Positions 36,804 to 46,169 of a DNA stretch of 57,171 nucleotides are shown here, one piece after another (position 1 is the stretch's first letter; the number at the start of each line of letters is the position of its first letter). This stretch comes from a bacterium. GTDB taxonomy: Bacteria > UBP7 > UBA6624. Under the pieces are notes generated by a model. It saw only the letters and a program-made list of their open reading frames with translations. It did not search any database and was not told the DNA's origin. Location: assembly GCA_014384545.1 (NCBI GenBank), contig JACNFQ010000052.1:1-57171 (forward strand). The letters are read 5' to 3'. Made by a program: the position numbers and the translations under genes.

Positions 36804-38345
36804 TTAGCAGGTAGGGGGGCGAAGGCGGTACTGGAGTGCCTCGGCGATGTGGGGGGCTTCAATCGTAGATGCGCCCTCCATATCAGCGATGGTGCGGGCT
36901 ACCCGCCTTACACGAGCTACAGCGCGAGCAGAGAGCTTGTAACGCTCGGCTGCAAGCCCCAATAGACGGTCTGCTTCACCCTTTACGGGCGCATGTTTAT
37001 CCAAGGCACACCCCGGCAACCCGCCATTAGTACGCCATGCTTCGTTCGTATACCTTTGGCTTTGTAGAGTACGAGCTGCAGTTACCCTGCGTGCGACTGC
37101 CTGGGACCCTTCCCGTGCAGGAGCATCTACCCGAAGGTCACGGTAAGGAACACGCGCCATCTCTACCACCAAATCAATACGGTCCATGATGGGACCCGAA
37201 ATGCGCTTTCGGTACTTGGTCACTTCGGCAGGAATACAACGACAAGCCGTCTCGGGATCTCCCCAATGACCACAGGGGCAAGGATTCATCGCTGCTACCA
37301 ACTGAAAACCCGCCGGGAAACGGACACTGCCCGCCGCACGCGTCACCGTAACCCATCCCTCCTCCAATGGCTCGCGCAATGCTTCCAACGAACCCTTCTG
37401 AAAATGTGGAATCTCATCAAGGAAAAGTACTCCAAGATGAGCCAAAGAGACGGCTCCTGGGGAGGGTCTTGAACCCCCACCCACCAACCCTGCGGGGCTC
37501 GTTGTATGGTGTGGCGAGACAAAGGGGCGACGCACCACCACCCCCCCTGCCTGAATCCTCCCCACCACCGAATGAATCGCGGTTGCCTCTAAGACCTCTG
37601 AACGCTCTAGAGGCGGAACCAACCCGGGAATCGCACGAGCAAGGAGTGTCTTTCCAGAACCTGGGGGGCCCATCATCAGGATATGGTGCCCCCCCGATGC
37701 GGCGACCTCTACGGCTCGTCTGGCTAAGATCTGCCCAGCAATATCCCTAAAATCAACGATGGGGGTCTCACCCTCTACCCCTACGGTTGTCAAGGGGAGC
37801 GGGTCAGCAGGCGTCTCTAAGAGACTTAGGGCATGGCGAAGCGAGCGCACCCCAAAGACCTTCACCCCCTCAACCAACGCTCCCTCTTCGCCATTCTCTT
37901 CTGCCACCAAGATCTGCGTTGCTCCTGCTTCTTTTAAGGCAAGAACCGAAGGTAATACACCAGCAACTGGGCGAACCCTCCCATCCAGAGAGAGCTCACC
38001 TACAAATCCCCAACCCTCTAATAGGGTTCTTGGGAACTTGCCGTTAGAGCCACGAAGGAGAAGAGCGACAGCTAAGGGAAGATCGAGCCCTGTGGAGCGC
38101 TTGTCTACCCCGGCTGGGGCTAGGTTGATTACCCAATGCCTGTCAAAACTGACCAAACCTGGAAGGCTATTCGTTACCGCTGCTTGCACCCTGTCTACAG
38201 CTTCACGCACCATGCGCCCTGGCAATCCGACAAGGTCGAACGAGCGGGCTCCCGCCCGTGCATGGGCCTCTACCACCACCCGACGCCCACTTACCCCCTC
38301 TGGAACTGCACCCCACGCCGAGACGATCTCTTTCTTCTTGTTCAT
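36804..38345 (-). CDS. comM: YifB/ComM family Mg-chelatase-like AAA+ ATPase
   Basis: 513 aa with an N-terminal Lon-protease-like domain, Walker A MMGPPGSGKTLLA, Walker B VLFLDEI and a C-terminal ChlI-like region. Confidence 0.9.
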   Translation of the reverse strand: MNKKKEIVSAWGAVPEGVSGRRVVVEAHARAGARSFDLVGLPGRMVREAVDRVQAAVTNSLPGLVSFDRHWVINLAPAGVDKRSTGLDLPLAVALLLRGSNGKFPRTLLEGWGFVGELSLDGRVRPVAGVLPSVLALKEAGATQILVAEENGEEGALVEGVKVFGVRSLRHALSLLETPADPLPLTTVGVEGETPIVDFRDIAGQILARRAVEVAASGGHHILMMGPPGSGKTLLARAIPGLVPPLERSEVLEATAIHSVVGRIQAGGVVVRRPFVSPHHTTSPAGLVGGGSRPSPGAVSLAHLGVLFLDEIPHFQKGSLEALREPLEEGWVTVTRAAGSVRFPAGFQLVAAMNPCPCGHWGDPETACRCIPAEVTKYRKRISGPIMDRIDLVVEMARVPYRDLRVDAPAREGSQAVARRVTAARTLQSQRYTNEAWRTNGGLPGCALDKHAPVKGEADRLLGLAAERYKLSARAVARVRRVARTIADMEGASTIEAPHIAEALQYRLRPPTC

Positions 38346-38436
38346 TTTCTGTTCACCCTTTGTTCATCTTATTGCTCCTTTTGTTTCGTGCGCCACTTTC
38401 GTTTGATTTGGGTGGGTATCCGTTATCCTCCCCCTT

Positions 38437-39816
38437 ATGAATAATCCTTCCCTACCCGCTGACCCAGCAGAGGCAAACGACCCCTTAGGTTCGCTCTCGG
38501 AGCAAGAGACGACCTCTTACCATACGGCGTTTGGTTCAGACCCCAAAAACCGTTTAGCTATGAATGCTGTGACCCGTAGCGACCTCTCTGATATTGCGAT
38601 GGACAGGGATGCTTTCCGTGCTGTAGACCACCATTTTTCTGATCGTGTTCATCCCAAAGGAGATGCCACCAGCCAAAAGGCGAGTGGGCGTTGTTGGCTT
38701 TTTGCGGGGCTGAATGTGATGCGTCTGGGATTGATGAAAGAGAAGAACATCAAGAACATAGAACTCTCCCAGTCCTATCTGCTATTCTGGGACAAGTATG
38801 AAAAGGCGAACTGGCACCTAGAGTGTATTATCCAAACTGTAAACGAGCCCTTAGAAGGCCGCCTCGTTTCCTGGCTGTTAGCAAACGCCGTTCCCGATGG
38901 AGGGCAATGGGATATGTTTGTCAACCTCATAGAAAAATATGGCGTCGTTCCCCAGTCTGCAATGCCCGAAAGCCACAGTAGTAGTGCCACCGCCAAGATG
39001 AACCGCCTCTTGCTCCACAAACTCCGGGAGTGGACAAAGAGCCTCCGTGATGCCCACGACGAGGGGGGCTCTTTAGCTGATTTGCGCACCCTCAAGGACA
39101 GAATGATGGCAGAAGTTTACCGTATCTTAGCCATCCACATTGGCGAGCCCCCCTCTACCTTTGATTGGCAGTATGAAGACAAGGATGAGGCGTTCCACCG
39201 ATACGAGGGGCTTACCCCTCACAGATTTAGGGACGAACATCTCCCCTTCAATGTCTCTGATACCGTTTGCCTTGTCCATGCTCCTACAGAGGACAAACCT
39301 CTCAACACGCTCCTGACCGTCTCTTTTTTGGGCAATGTTGTGGGTGGGCATACCACCCGATACGCCAATGTCTCCCTCGACACCATGAAGAAAGCTGCCA
39401 TCGCCTCTATCCAAGCGGGAGAAGCGGTCTGGTTTGGGTGTGATGTGGGAAAACGATTCCACCGAGACCTAGGCGTAATGGACACAGATCTCTACGACTA
39501 CAACCTCGTTCTTGGTACAGATACAGCTCTTACTAAAGCCGACCGGCTAAACTATGGAGACAGCCTGATGACCCACGCCATGGTCTTTACAGGGGTAGAC
39601 CTGCGTGATGGCAAACCCCAAAAGTGGATGGTTGAAAACAGTTGGGGCGACAAGGTGGGAAGTAAAGGGTATTTCATAATGACCGACGCCTGGTTTGATG
39701 AATACAACTACGAAATCGTTGTCAGTAAGCGCTTCGTGGACAAAGCGATTCTGGACATCTTCGACCAAGACCCCATCGTCCTTGCCCCATGGGACCCCAT
39801 GGGCGCCCTCGCCTAA
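38437..39816 (+). CDS. pepC: aminopeptidase C / bleomycin hydrolase (peptidase C1B)
   Basis: 459 aa. QKASGRCWLFAGLN contains the catalytic Cys. HAMVFTGVD and ENSWG match the C1B family. Confidence 0.9.
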   Translation: MNNPSLPADPAEANDPLGSLSEQETTSYHTAFGSDPKNRLAMNAVTRSDLSDIAMDRDAFRAVDHHFSDRVHPKGDATSQKASGRCWLFAGLNVMRLGLMKEKNIKNIELSQSYLLFWDKYEKANWHLECIIQTVNEPLEGRLVSWLLANAVPDGGQWDMFVNLIEKYGVVPQSAMPESHSSSATAKMNRLLLHKLREWTKSLRDAHDEGGSLADLRTLKDRMMAEVYRILAIHIGEPPSTFDWQYEDKDEAFHRYEGLTPHRFRDEHLPFNVSDTVCLVHAPTEDKPLNTLLTVSFLGNVVGGHTTRYANVSLDTMKKAAIASIQAGEAVWFGCDVGKRFHRDLGVMDTDLYDYNLVLGTDTALTKADRLNYGDSLMTHAMVFTGVDLRDGKPQKWMVENSWGDKVGSKGYFIMTDAWFDEYNYEIVVSKRFVDKAILDIFDQDPIVLAPWDPMGALA

Positions 39817-39905
39817 GAAGGTGCTTTTCTCCGGCTGAACTAACCCCCCTGGGAAGGGGTTGGCGAACGAGAACATAGGCGGTCAATCCTCGGTAAAATC
39901 ATCCC

Positions 39906-40391
39906 ATGCCCACACCCAAAAAACCAGGGGAGGACCGTGCTGCCCATGAACGGGACAGCGACAGGCTGCAACGTGTACGCCAAAGACGAATGGAGCATAG
40001 AGACACACCACCACCCCCATCACTTGAACTCACACGAGGGCATCGATTGGGTTGCTTGGTGGTTGTTTTACTTGTTACTCTTCCTCTAGCCAAACTTCTC
40101 GTTCACCCTTGGGAGATGACTTGGTTAGGGGCATGGATGGTTATGGTCGGGATTCTCTTGATGATAGGGGGAGCCGCATGGCGGGGATGGGCAATCTGGG
40201 AGGAGATCTCTCATTGGCCCTTGGATAGCTTGTTGAACTTCTTCCTTTGGCCCAAGAAGTTTATCTTTCTCTTCTTCCATGCAACCTCCTGGAAACAGAT
40301 GAAAGTGCCATTCTTTCTATCCCTTTTTGGAATCCTGTTAATCCTCTTAGGTTTTGTTCAAAACGCCGTCTTCCACGCCCCTTCTACCTAA
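39906..40391 (+). CDS. hypothetical membrane protein
   Basis: 161 aa with a basic, Pro-rich N-terminus followed by 3-4 hydrophobic segments. No motif recognised. Confidence 0.4.
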   Translation: MPTPKKPGEDRAAHERDSDRLQRVRQRRMEHRDTPPPPSLELTRGHRLGCLVVVLLVTLPLAKLLVHPWEMTWLGAWMVMVGILLMIGGAAWRGWAIWEEISHWPLDSLLNFFLWPKKFIFLFFHATSWKQMKVPFFLSLFGILLILLGFVQNAVFHAPST

Positions 40392-41259
40392 TGACGACAC
40401 GCCACAACCCCCATAACAGCCCCAAGCTAAGCACGGCACCTAAGACACAGAGTTGGGGTTCGCGGGCACAACGACAAAGGGGACCTTTGGTCGCTGTCTC
40501 TCCTCTCTCATAAACGCCACAAGCTCCCCCAGGCTCTAAGAACGAACCCGCTTGGGCTATGCCATCCCAAAATCGTTTGCCCATCATGGGGTCCACCTGT
40601 TCTAGCTTCTGTTTTAAGTAGGTAACTTTCGCCCTTAGAACACGATTCTGTCCCATCCATTTCTGGAGTGCAAATCCTGAAACGACCATTTCTGCGAACG
40701 TCTCAGCACGATCTTCTTTTTCGTTACTTGTGGCATACCTAGAAACAAAACCTGCTGGTGTTGCCTCTTTCCACCAATCCACACTTCGATAGGAAAAACC
40801 CTGAGGATTCAGTGCGGTCCAGCCATCCGCGATTAACTTCTTGTTCGCTTGCTCCAAGGTGTGAAAAACCTCGTGGTGAATCGTGGAGGCTGCTTGATGA
40901 CATGCGCCTGCTGAAAGCGGAAGCGTCAAGTAGATCTCACCATTACCCGCTAGCCCACCCACCCGTTGCCCGCCCATCCTTATGTGATGCCCCAAGAGAA
41001 TCGTTCGGACATCAGCCTTCAAGAAGATGTCGTTGGGGTACCTTCCCAATTCCGCTTCTAACAGCGGAAAGAACCCATCCAAGACCTCAGAGTAAGCTCC
41101 CTTTCCCGTAACAAACGATCCTCGCAAATCTGCCTCATCAAAGAGAACTTCAATCGTGTATCGCTCTTCAATCCGCTCCTTAGCTCGTATTGCCCCTGGC
41201 GACACCGGACAACACCCCACAAAGAGCGTGATGGCGAGTCCGAGGCATAATCTGTTCAT
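40384..41259 (-). CDS. HExxH-motif putative zinc metallopeptidase lipoprotein
   Basis: 291 aa with lipobox ITLFVGCC and TIHHEVFHTLE (HExxH). It has a Cys-rich C-terminus ending in a hydrophobic helix plus basic residues. Confidence 0.55.
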   Translation of the reverse strand: MNRLCLGLAITLFVGCCPVSPGAIRAKERIEERYTIEVLFDEADLRGSFVTGKGAYSEVLDGFFPLLEAELGRYPNDIFLKADVRTILLGHHIRMGGQRVGGLAGNGEIYLTLPLSAGACHQAASTIHHEVFHTLEQANKKLIADGWTALNPQGFSYRSVDWWKEATPAGFVSRYATSNEKEDRAETFAEMVVSGFALQKWMGQNRVLRAKVTYLKQKLEQVDPMMGKRFWDGIAQAGSFLEPGGACGVYERGETATKGPLCRCAREPQLCVLGAVLSLGLLWGLWRVVIR

Positions 41260-41600
41260 GAGAGGGGAACTCTATCAACCCTTTCCACAGAACCATCAAT
41301 CGCTCGTGTAACGAGGACCATTTCAAGGCGCACGGGACCTTCATGTGGTGATTTTGCTAGCCATAGGTCAACTGAACGAAGGAGGCGTCTTTTCTGTGCT
41401 CTGGTCACCAAAGAGCGTGGGCGCCCTTTCTTGCGTGATTTGACCTCTAGAAACAGGAGGGTATCGCCCTCCAGCGCCACTATATCAACTTCCCCACCAC
41501 CCCGCGGCCGCCAGTTGCGTGCTAACAGCTTCGCCTTCACACAGATCAACCCCGCCACCAGATCTTCAGTCATTGCTCCTAGCCTTCTTCTCGTGTCCAT
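41256..41600 (-). CDS. yraN: YraN family (UPF0102) endonuclease-like protein
   Basis: 114 aa. GGGEVDIVALEGDTLLFLEVKSR is the YraN/PD-(D/E)XK core. Confidence 0.8.
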   Translation of the reverse strand: MDTRRRLGAMTEDLVAGLICVKAKLLARNWRPRGGGEVDIVALEGDTLLFLEVKSRKKGRPRSLVTRAQKRRLLRSVDLWLAKSPHEGPVRLEMVLVTRAIDGSVERVDRVPLS

Positions 41601-41720
41601 ACACCCATTTAATCACAGCAGCAGACAGATGTTCGCTCTTGGGGTACTATCTATCCCCAAAACACCTTGCTCCCGCCCTGAAAACACCGGTTGGATAGGT
41701 GTCCCCTAGAATAAGTGGCG

Positions 41721-44700
41721 ATGAAAAGGACTTTTCTTTTCCTTGTCGTTCTTCTAGCGGGTTGCTCTGGCGGAAACAACACTCGGCTCCAAGAGGGGGC
41801 TCCCCCCGGGCAAGTGGGTTCGGGGTGTGCCGCTTGCCCCCTCGTTCCCACCGATTTGGCAGGAACCCAAGGTGATCACGACAACCAAGTCGTTCTAACT
41901 TGGTCGTTGGGAACAGGGCAAGAGTCCCATCAGGTTTGGCGCGGTACTGGGGGGGTAACAGAACCCGTAAAGGTCGCAGATTTACTCGTTGATGCTCTTA
42001 CATGGACAGATACCACCATGACGCGTGGAACCACCTACCGATACCATGTGGTGCTCAAGGATAGTGCTTCGGGTTTTGTGGGCGGGATGGGGCAGGGGGT
42101 CAAGGGGTGGGCAAACCCCATTACTACGATTGATTCGGGGCCACCAGACCCCTCCACAACAGATACAGCCACTTTTGTCTTTTCGGGAGACTTGCCCACC
42201 TTTGAATGTGAACTAGATGGGGACGGTACGGCATGGGCACTTTGCGAAAGCCCTAAAGTTTATACGGGATTAGCGGATGGAACACATAACTTTCAAGTGC
42301 GTACGCGAGAGGGGGAGATTTTTGACCTAACACCTGATACATGGTCATGGCGCGTGAACGACCTTCCCGAAACGACGATCGATAGTGGTCCTCCCAACCC
42401 CGATACCAGCGATACCGCCACATTTACATTTAGCAGCGATGATCCTGCCGCCACTTTTGAGTGTGAGTTGGACGGGGATGGCACAGGGTGGGCACCATGT
42501 ACCAGCCCCCATGTGATTACAGGACTAACCGAGATGACCCACCACTTTGAGGTGCGCGCAGTGGTGGGGACACGCATTGATGATACCCCAGCCACCTGGG
42601 ATTGGTTGGTGGACCTCTCAGCCCCAGAAACCCAAATCGACAGTGGTCCTGCCCAAGATTCCTTTACCTCTTCAACAGAAGCAACCTTTACTTTTAGTAG
42701 CCCCGACACGCCCACCGCGACCTTCCTTTGTGATTTGGATGGTCTTGGGTTTTCCTCTTGTACAAGCCCCATTACCTATATTGAACTGGCAGAAGAAGCA
42801 CACCACTTTGAGGTGAAAGCGTTTGATGGGGTTTCTGAAGACCCCACTCCTGCAACGAGGGATTGGACAGTGGACATTACCCCCCCCGACACGACGATTG
42901 ATTCGGGTCCTGCAGACCCCACATCATCACAGAATGCAACATTTGCTTTTTCGTCAAACGAAACGGGGGGCTCCTTTGAGTGTGATTTGGATACAGGGGG
43001 ATGGGCAGCATGTACTAGCCCCCATACCTATACGGGGCTAACAGAAGGTCCTCACCATTTTGAGGTGCGCTCTTCCGATCTAGCGGGAAATGTGGATGCC
43101 ACTCCTGCTCCTTGGGACTGGACGATAGACCTTCCTCCTGAAACGACGATTGATAGTGGCCCCGCAGACCCTGACGCCAACACCTCTGCTACTTTCAGTT
43201 TTAGCAGTAGCGACCCCGGCTCCACCTTTGACTGTGCTTTGGAAGGAGGAGCTTGGGCATCGTGCACCAGCCCCCATACCTATACGGGGCTGACAGAAGG
43301 TGCCCACCACTTTGAAGTGCGTGCCCATGACGGCCTTTCAAACGACCCCACGCCTGCCGTTTGGGATTGGACGATTGACACCACCCCCCCCGACACGACG
43401 ATCGATTCGGGCCCCAACGACCCCACCACCGCTACAGATGCCACTTTTACCTTTAGTAGCAACGACCCTGCCGCCACATTCTCTTGCGACTTGGATACGG
43501 GGGGGTGGGCTTCGTGTACAAGCCCCCAAACTTATACCAGATTATCGGTAGGGACACACCACTTTGAGGTGCGCGCTACCGACTTAGCCGGGAACATTGA
43601 CCCCACCCCCGCTGTTTGGGACTGGACGATCGAACCGGGTATTGAGCCCGAGACCACGATAGATTCAGGACCAGCAGAGGGCTCCGTTACCCCATCTACC
43701 GAAGCGACCTTTACCTTTAGTAGCGACGATCCATTGGCTACTTTTGAGTGTGATCTCAACAGTGGTGGATTTGCCGTTTGTACTACCCCCAAAACCTATA
43801 CGGGTTTGACAGATGGTGAACAGGTTTTTCAAGTAAGAGCAGTCGCCGCGGGCGGCCTTAAGGATAGCACCCCTGCTACCCGCAAGTGGACCGTTGATAC
43901 GATCCCCCCCGAAACGACGATTGATTCGGGTCCTGCAGACCCCACCACCGCGACCGATGCGACCTTTACCTTTAGTAGCGACGACCCCGCCGCTACCTTT
44001 GAGTGTGATCTAGATATTTCTGGATGGGTCGCTTGCACCAGCCCCAAGACTTATACGGGGCTTTCGGTGGGTGCACACCACTTTGAAGTCATGGCGACCG
44101 ACTTAGCTGGGAACATTGATTCCACCCCTGCAGTTTGGGATTGGACGATTGACCCCGCTGCCGAACCCGAAACGACGATTGAGTCGGGACCTGCTGAAGG
44201 CTCTTCGACACAACTCACCGAAGCGACCTTTACCTTTAGTAGTGATGACCCTGACGCCACCTTTGAGTGTGATTTGGATGGGGGGGGGTGGCTGGTCTGC
44301 GTTACTCCCAAGACTTATACGGGGTTAGCGGATGGTGGTCATACTTTCCAGGTGCGCGCAGTCGCTTTGGATGGCAGCAAGGACAGCACCCCCGCGACCC
44401 GCAACTGGACGGTTGATACTCTCCCACCTGAAACGACGATTGATAGTGGCCCCGCAGACCCCACATTCTTAACGGATGCCACCTTTACATTTAGCAGTAG
44501 CGAAGCGGGTAGTTCTTTTGGTTGTCAACTGGATGGAGGGGGTTGGTTTACTTGCTTTAGCCCCAAAACCTACACAGGGCTTGCCCCAGGAGCTCATACT
44601 TTTGAGGTAGAGGCTACCGATAGTGCAGGCAACCAAGATCCCACGCCCGCTGTCTGGAACTGGACCATCCAAGCACGCGTCCACGAGCCCCCGCCCATTT

Positions 44701-45542
44701 TGGATGATTTTGAGACAGGGGATTTCTCTAAGTACAGTTGGGTTTCCGAGAACCCTGGATGGGTCGTTCAAACTGGAACTGTTTACGAAGGACTCTATTC
44801 AGCGGGAAGTGAAGTCATTACCCACAACGAAACGGCTGCGCTAGAACTAGATGTTGAAATCACAATAGGGTATGTGGGGACCGTTCAGTTTGCCCATAGG
44901 GTCTCTTCAGAAGCGACTTATGACTTCCTCCGGTTCTATGTGGACGGGGTGCAACAAGACGAATGGGATGGCGAGGTGGCTTGGGCTACCTCTTCCTACG
45001 AGATTTCAGAAGGGCAACATACCCTGCGATGGACTTACGAGAAGGATGGCTCCGTTTCAAGTGGGCAGGATGCCGCCTACATTGACCTTGTTGAAATCAC
45101 CGAACTCATTCCCGAACCCCCACCCCAACCCCCGATTTTGGATGACTTTGAGACAGGAGACTTCTCTAAATACCCTTGGAAAGTAGGAGCGCCGGGATGG
45201 AATGTTGGAACCGATCAGATCCATGGCGGTTTGTTCTCTGCTGGAAGTGATGTGATTACCCACGGCGAAGCTGCTACCTTGGAGCTTACCGTTGAAATGA
45301 CTGCTCCAGGAACCGTCAAGTTTTGGTATAGCGTCTCTTCGGAGACAAACTGGGATTTCCTTCGCTTCTATATTGATGGGGTTGAACAGAGTAGTTGGTC
45401 GGGCATTGTCGCTTGGGCACAAGCGTCCTTCGCCCTTACCACAGGGCAACATACCCTAAAATGGGTCTATGACAAAGATGGTTCTGTCAACTCCAACTCG
45501 GACAAGGCTTGGATTGATGACGTCGAAGTGACCCAACCTTAG
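41721..45542 (+). CDS. giant repeat-containing surface lipoprotein (FN3-like domain + 10 two-Cys Ig-like repeats + duplicated C-terminal beta-sandwich-like module)
   Basis: ATG 41721 (a GTG at 41715 is also possible). Lipobox VVLLAGCSGG. See the two repeat features for the internal structure. Confidence 0.85.
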   Translation: MKRTFLFLVVLLAGCSGGNNTRLQEGAPPGQVGSGCAACPLVPTDLAGTQGDHDNQVVLTWSLGTGQESHQVWRGTGGVTEPVKVADLLVDALTWTDTTMTRGTTYRYHVVLKDSASGFVGGMGQGVKGWANPITTIDSGPPDPSTTDTATFVFSGDLPTFECELDGDGTAWALCESPKVYTGLADGTHNFQVRTREGEIFDLTPDTWSWRVNDLPETTIDSGPPNPDTSDTATFTFSSDDPAATFECELDGDGTGWAPCTSPHVITGLTEMTHHFEVRAVVGTRIDDTPATWDWLVDLSAPETQIDSGPAQDSFTSSTEATFTFSSPDTPTATFLCDLDGLGFSSCTSPITYIELAEEAHHFEVKAFDGVSEDPTPATRDWTVDITPPDTTIDSGPADPTSSQNATFAFSSNETGGSFECDLDTGGWAACTSPHTYTGLTEGPHHFEVRSSDLAGNVDATPAPWDWTIDLPPETTIDSGPADPDANTSATFSFSSSDPGSTFDCALEGGAWASCTSPHTYTGLTEGAHHFEVRAHDGLSNDPTPAVWDWTIDTTPPDTTIDSGPNDPTTATDATFTFSSNDPAATFSCDLDTGGWASCTSPQTYTRLSVGTHHFEVRATDLAGNIDPTPAVWDWTIEPGIEPETTIDSGPAEGSVTPSTEATFTFSSDDPLATFECDLNSGGFAVCTTPKTYTGLTDGEQVFQVRAVAAGGLKDSTPATRKWTVDTIPPETTIDSGPADPTTATDATFTFSSDDPAATFECDLDISGWVACTSPKTYTGLSVGAHHFEVMATDLAGNIDSTPAVWDWTIDPAAEPETTIESGPAEGSSTQLTEATFTFSSDDPDATFECDLDGGGWLVCVTPKTYTGLADGGHTFQVRAVALDGSKDSTPATRNWTVDTLPPETTIDSGPADPTFLTDATFTFSSSEAGSSFGCQLDGGGWFTCFSPKTYTGLAPGAHTFEVEATDSAGNQDPTPAVWNWTIQARVHEPPPILDDFETGDFSKYSWVSENPGWVVQTGTVYEGLYSAGSEVITHNETAALELDVEITIGYVGTVQFAHRVSSEATYDFLRFYVDGVQQDEWDGEVAWATSSYEISEGQHTLRWTYEKDGSVSSGQDAAYIDLVEITELIPEPPPQPPILDDFETGDFSKYPWKVGAPGWNVGTDQIHGGLFSAGSDVITHGEAATLELTVEMTAPGTVKFWYSVSSETNWDFLRFYIDGVEQSSWSGIVAWAQASFALTTGQHTLKWVYDKDGSVNSNSDKAWIDDVEVTQP
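42123..44693 (+). repeat. 10 tandem in-frame coding repeats of 249-261 nt (83-87 aa)
   Basis: Units start at 42123, 42372, 42630, 42891, 43143, 43395, about 43653, 43914, about 44172 and 44433. The consensus is TTIDSGP.DP....ATFTFSS.DP.ATFEC.LDG.GW..CTSP.TYTGL..G.HHFEVRA.D.AGN.D.TPA.WDWTID. Confidence 0.9.
44694..45539 (+). repeat. two tandem copies of a roughly 140-aa C-terminal module
   Basis: The copies span 44694-45131 and 45132-45539. Both read PILDDFETGDFSKY.W....PGW.V.T....GL.SAGS.VITH.E.A.LEL.VE......V.F...VSSE...DFLRFY.DGV.Q..W.G.VAW...S.....GQHTL.W.Y.KDGSV.S..D.A.ID.VE.T. Confidence 0.88.
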
Positions 45543-45550
45543 ACCGTATC

Positions 45551-46159
45551 TTGATGACTTCACAAGACGAAATAACTAAGATTCATCAGGAAATTTTCCA
45601 CCTCGTCTCCAAACTCAACACCCTACAGAATGAGGCTCCATTGACCCCCGTACCCCATTACAGTTTCAGAACTTTGGCGGGCACTCCCACACTTTCCGAT
45701 CTATTTGGCGAAAAGAAATCTCTCTTTGCGATTCACAATATGGGGCAGGGCTGCCGCTACTGTACCCTGTGGGCTGATGGTATCAACGCCTTTCTTCCCC
45801 ACCTTGAAACTGAATTCTCGGTGGTGCTGTTCTCAAAGGACAGCCCCGAGACCCAAAGACGCTTTGCTAACGATAGGGGATGGAGATTCCAGTTGGCATC
45901 CCACGGCGGAGATAACTACATCAAGGAACAATCTGTGGTGCCCAATCAAGACAACTATCCAGGAGTCGTTTACTACGAAAAGAAATCAGGTGAGATATAT
46001 AGAAAGAACAGTGCTCCCTTTGGCCCTGGCGATATGTACTGTTCGCTATGGCACCTGTTGTCCCTTGCTGGGCGAAGTGCCGAAGATTGGACCCCCCAGT
46101 TTCGTTACTGGACACGCCCTAAGCTTCTGGATGATGGAGGCGAGAATCTCGTTGAGTAG
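45551..46159 (+). CDS. DUF899-like thioredoxin-fold protein
   Basis: 202 aa. The family call rests on GQGCRYCTLWADG (CxxC) and the overall pattern as I recall DUF899. Confidence 0.7.
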   Translation: MMTSQDEITKIHQEIFHLVSKLNTLQNEAPLTPVPHYSFRTLAGTPTLSDLFGEKKSLFAIHNMGQGCRYCTLWADGINAFLPHLETEFSVVLFSKDSPETQRRFANDRGWRFQLASHGGDNYIKEQSVVPNQDNYPGVVYYEKKSGEIYRKNSAPFGPGDMYCSLWHLLSLAGRSAEDWTPQFRYWTRPKLLDDGGENLVE

Positions 46160-46169
46160 TCCCTACTTG

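Noticed and set aside
42123-44693. Regularly spaced roughly 255-nt DNA repeats that could be mistaken for a CRISPR-like or satellite array.
   Set aside because: The units are contiguous with no spacers, in frame, and encode a conserved protein domain inside one long ORF. They are coding tandem repeats.
45705-46159. 224-aa ORF 45705-46379 overlapping the DUF899-like gene.
   Set aside because: The part overlapping 45551-46159 is an alternative frame of a motif-bearing CDS. Only its last 70 codons (46170-46379) carry recognisable sequence, and those are reported separately.
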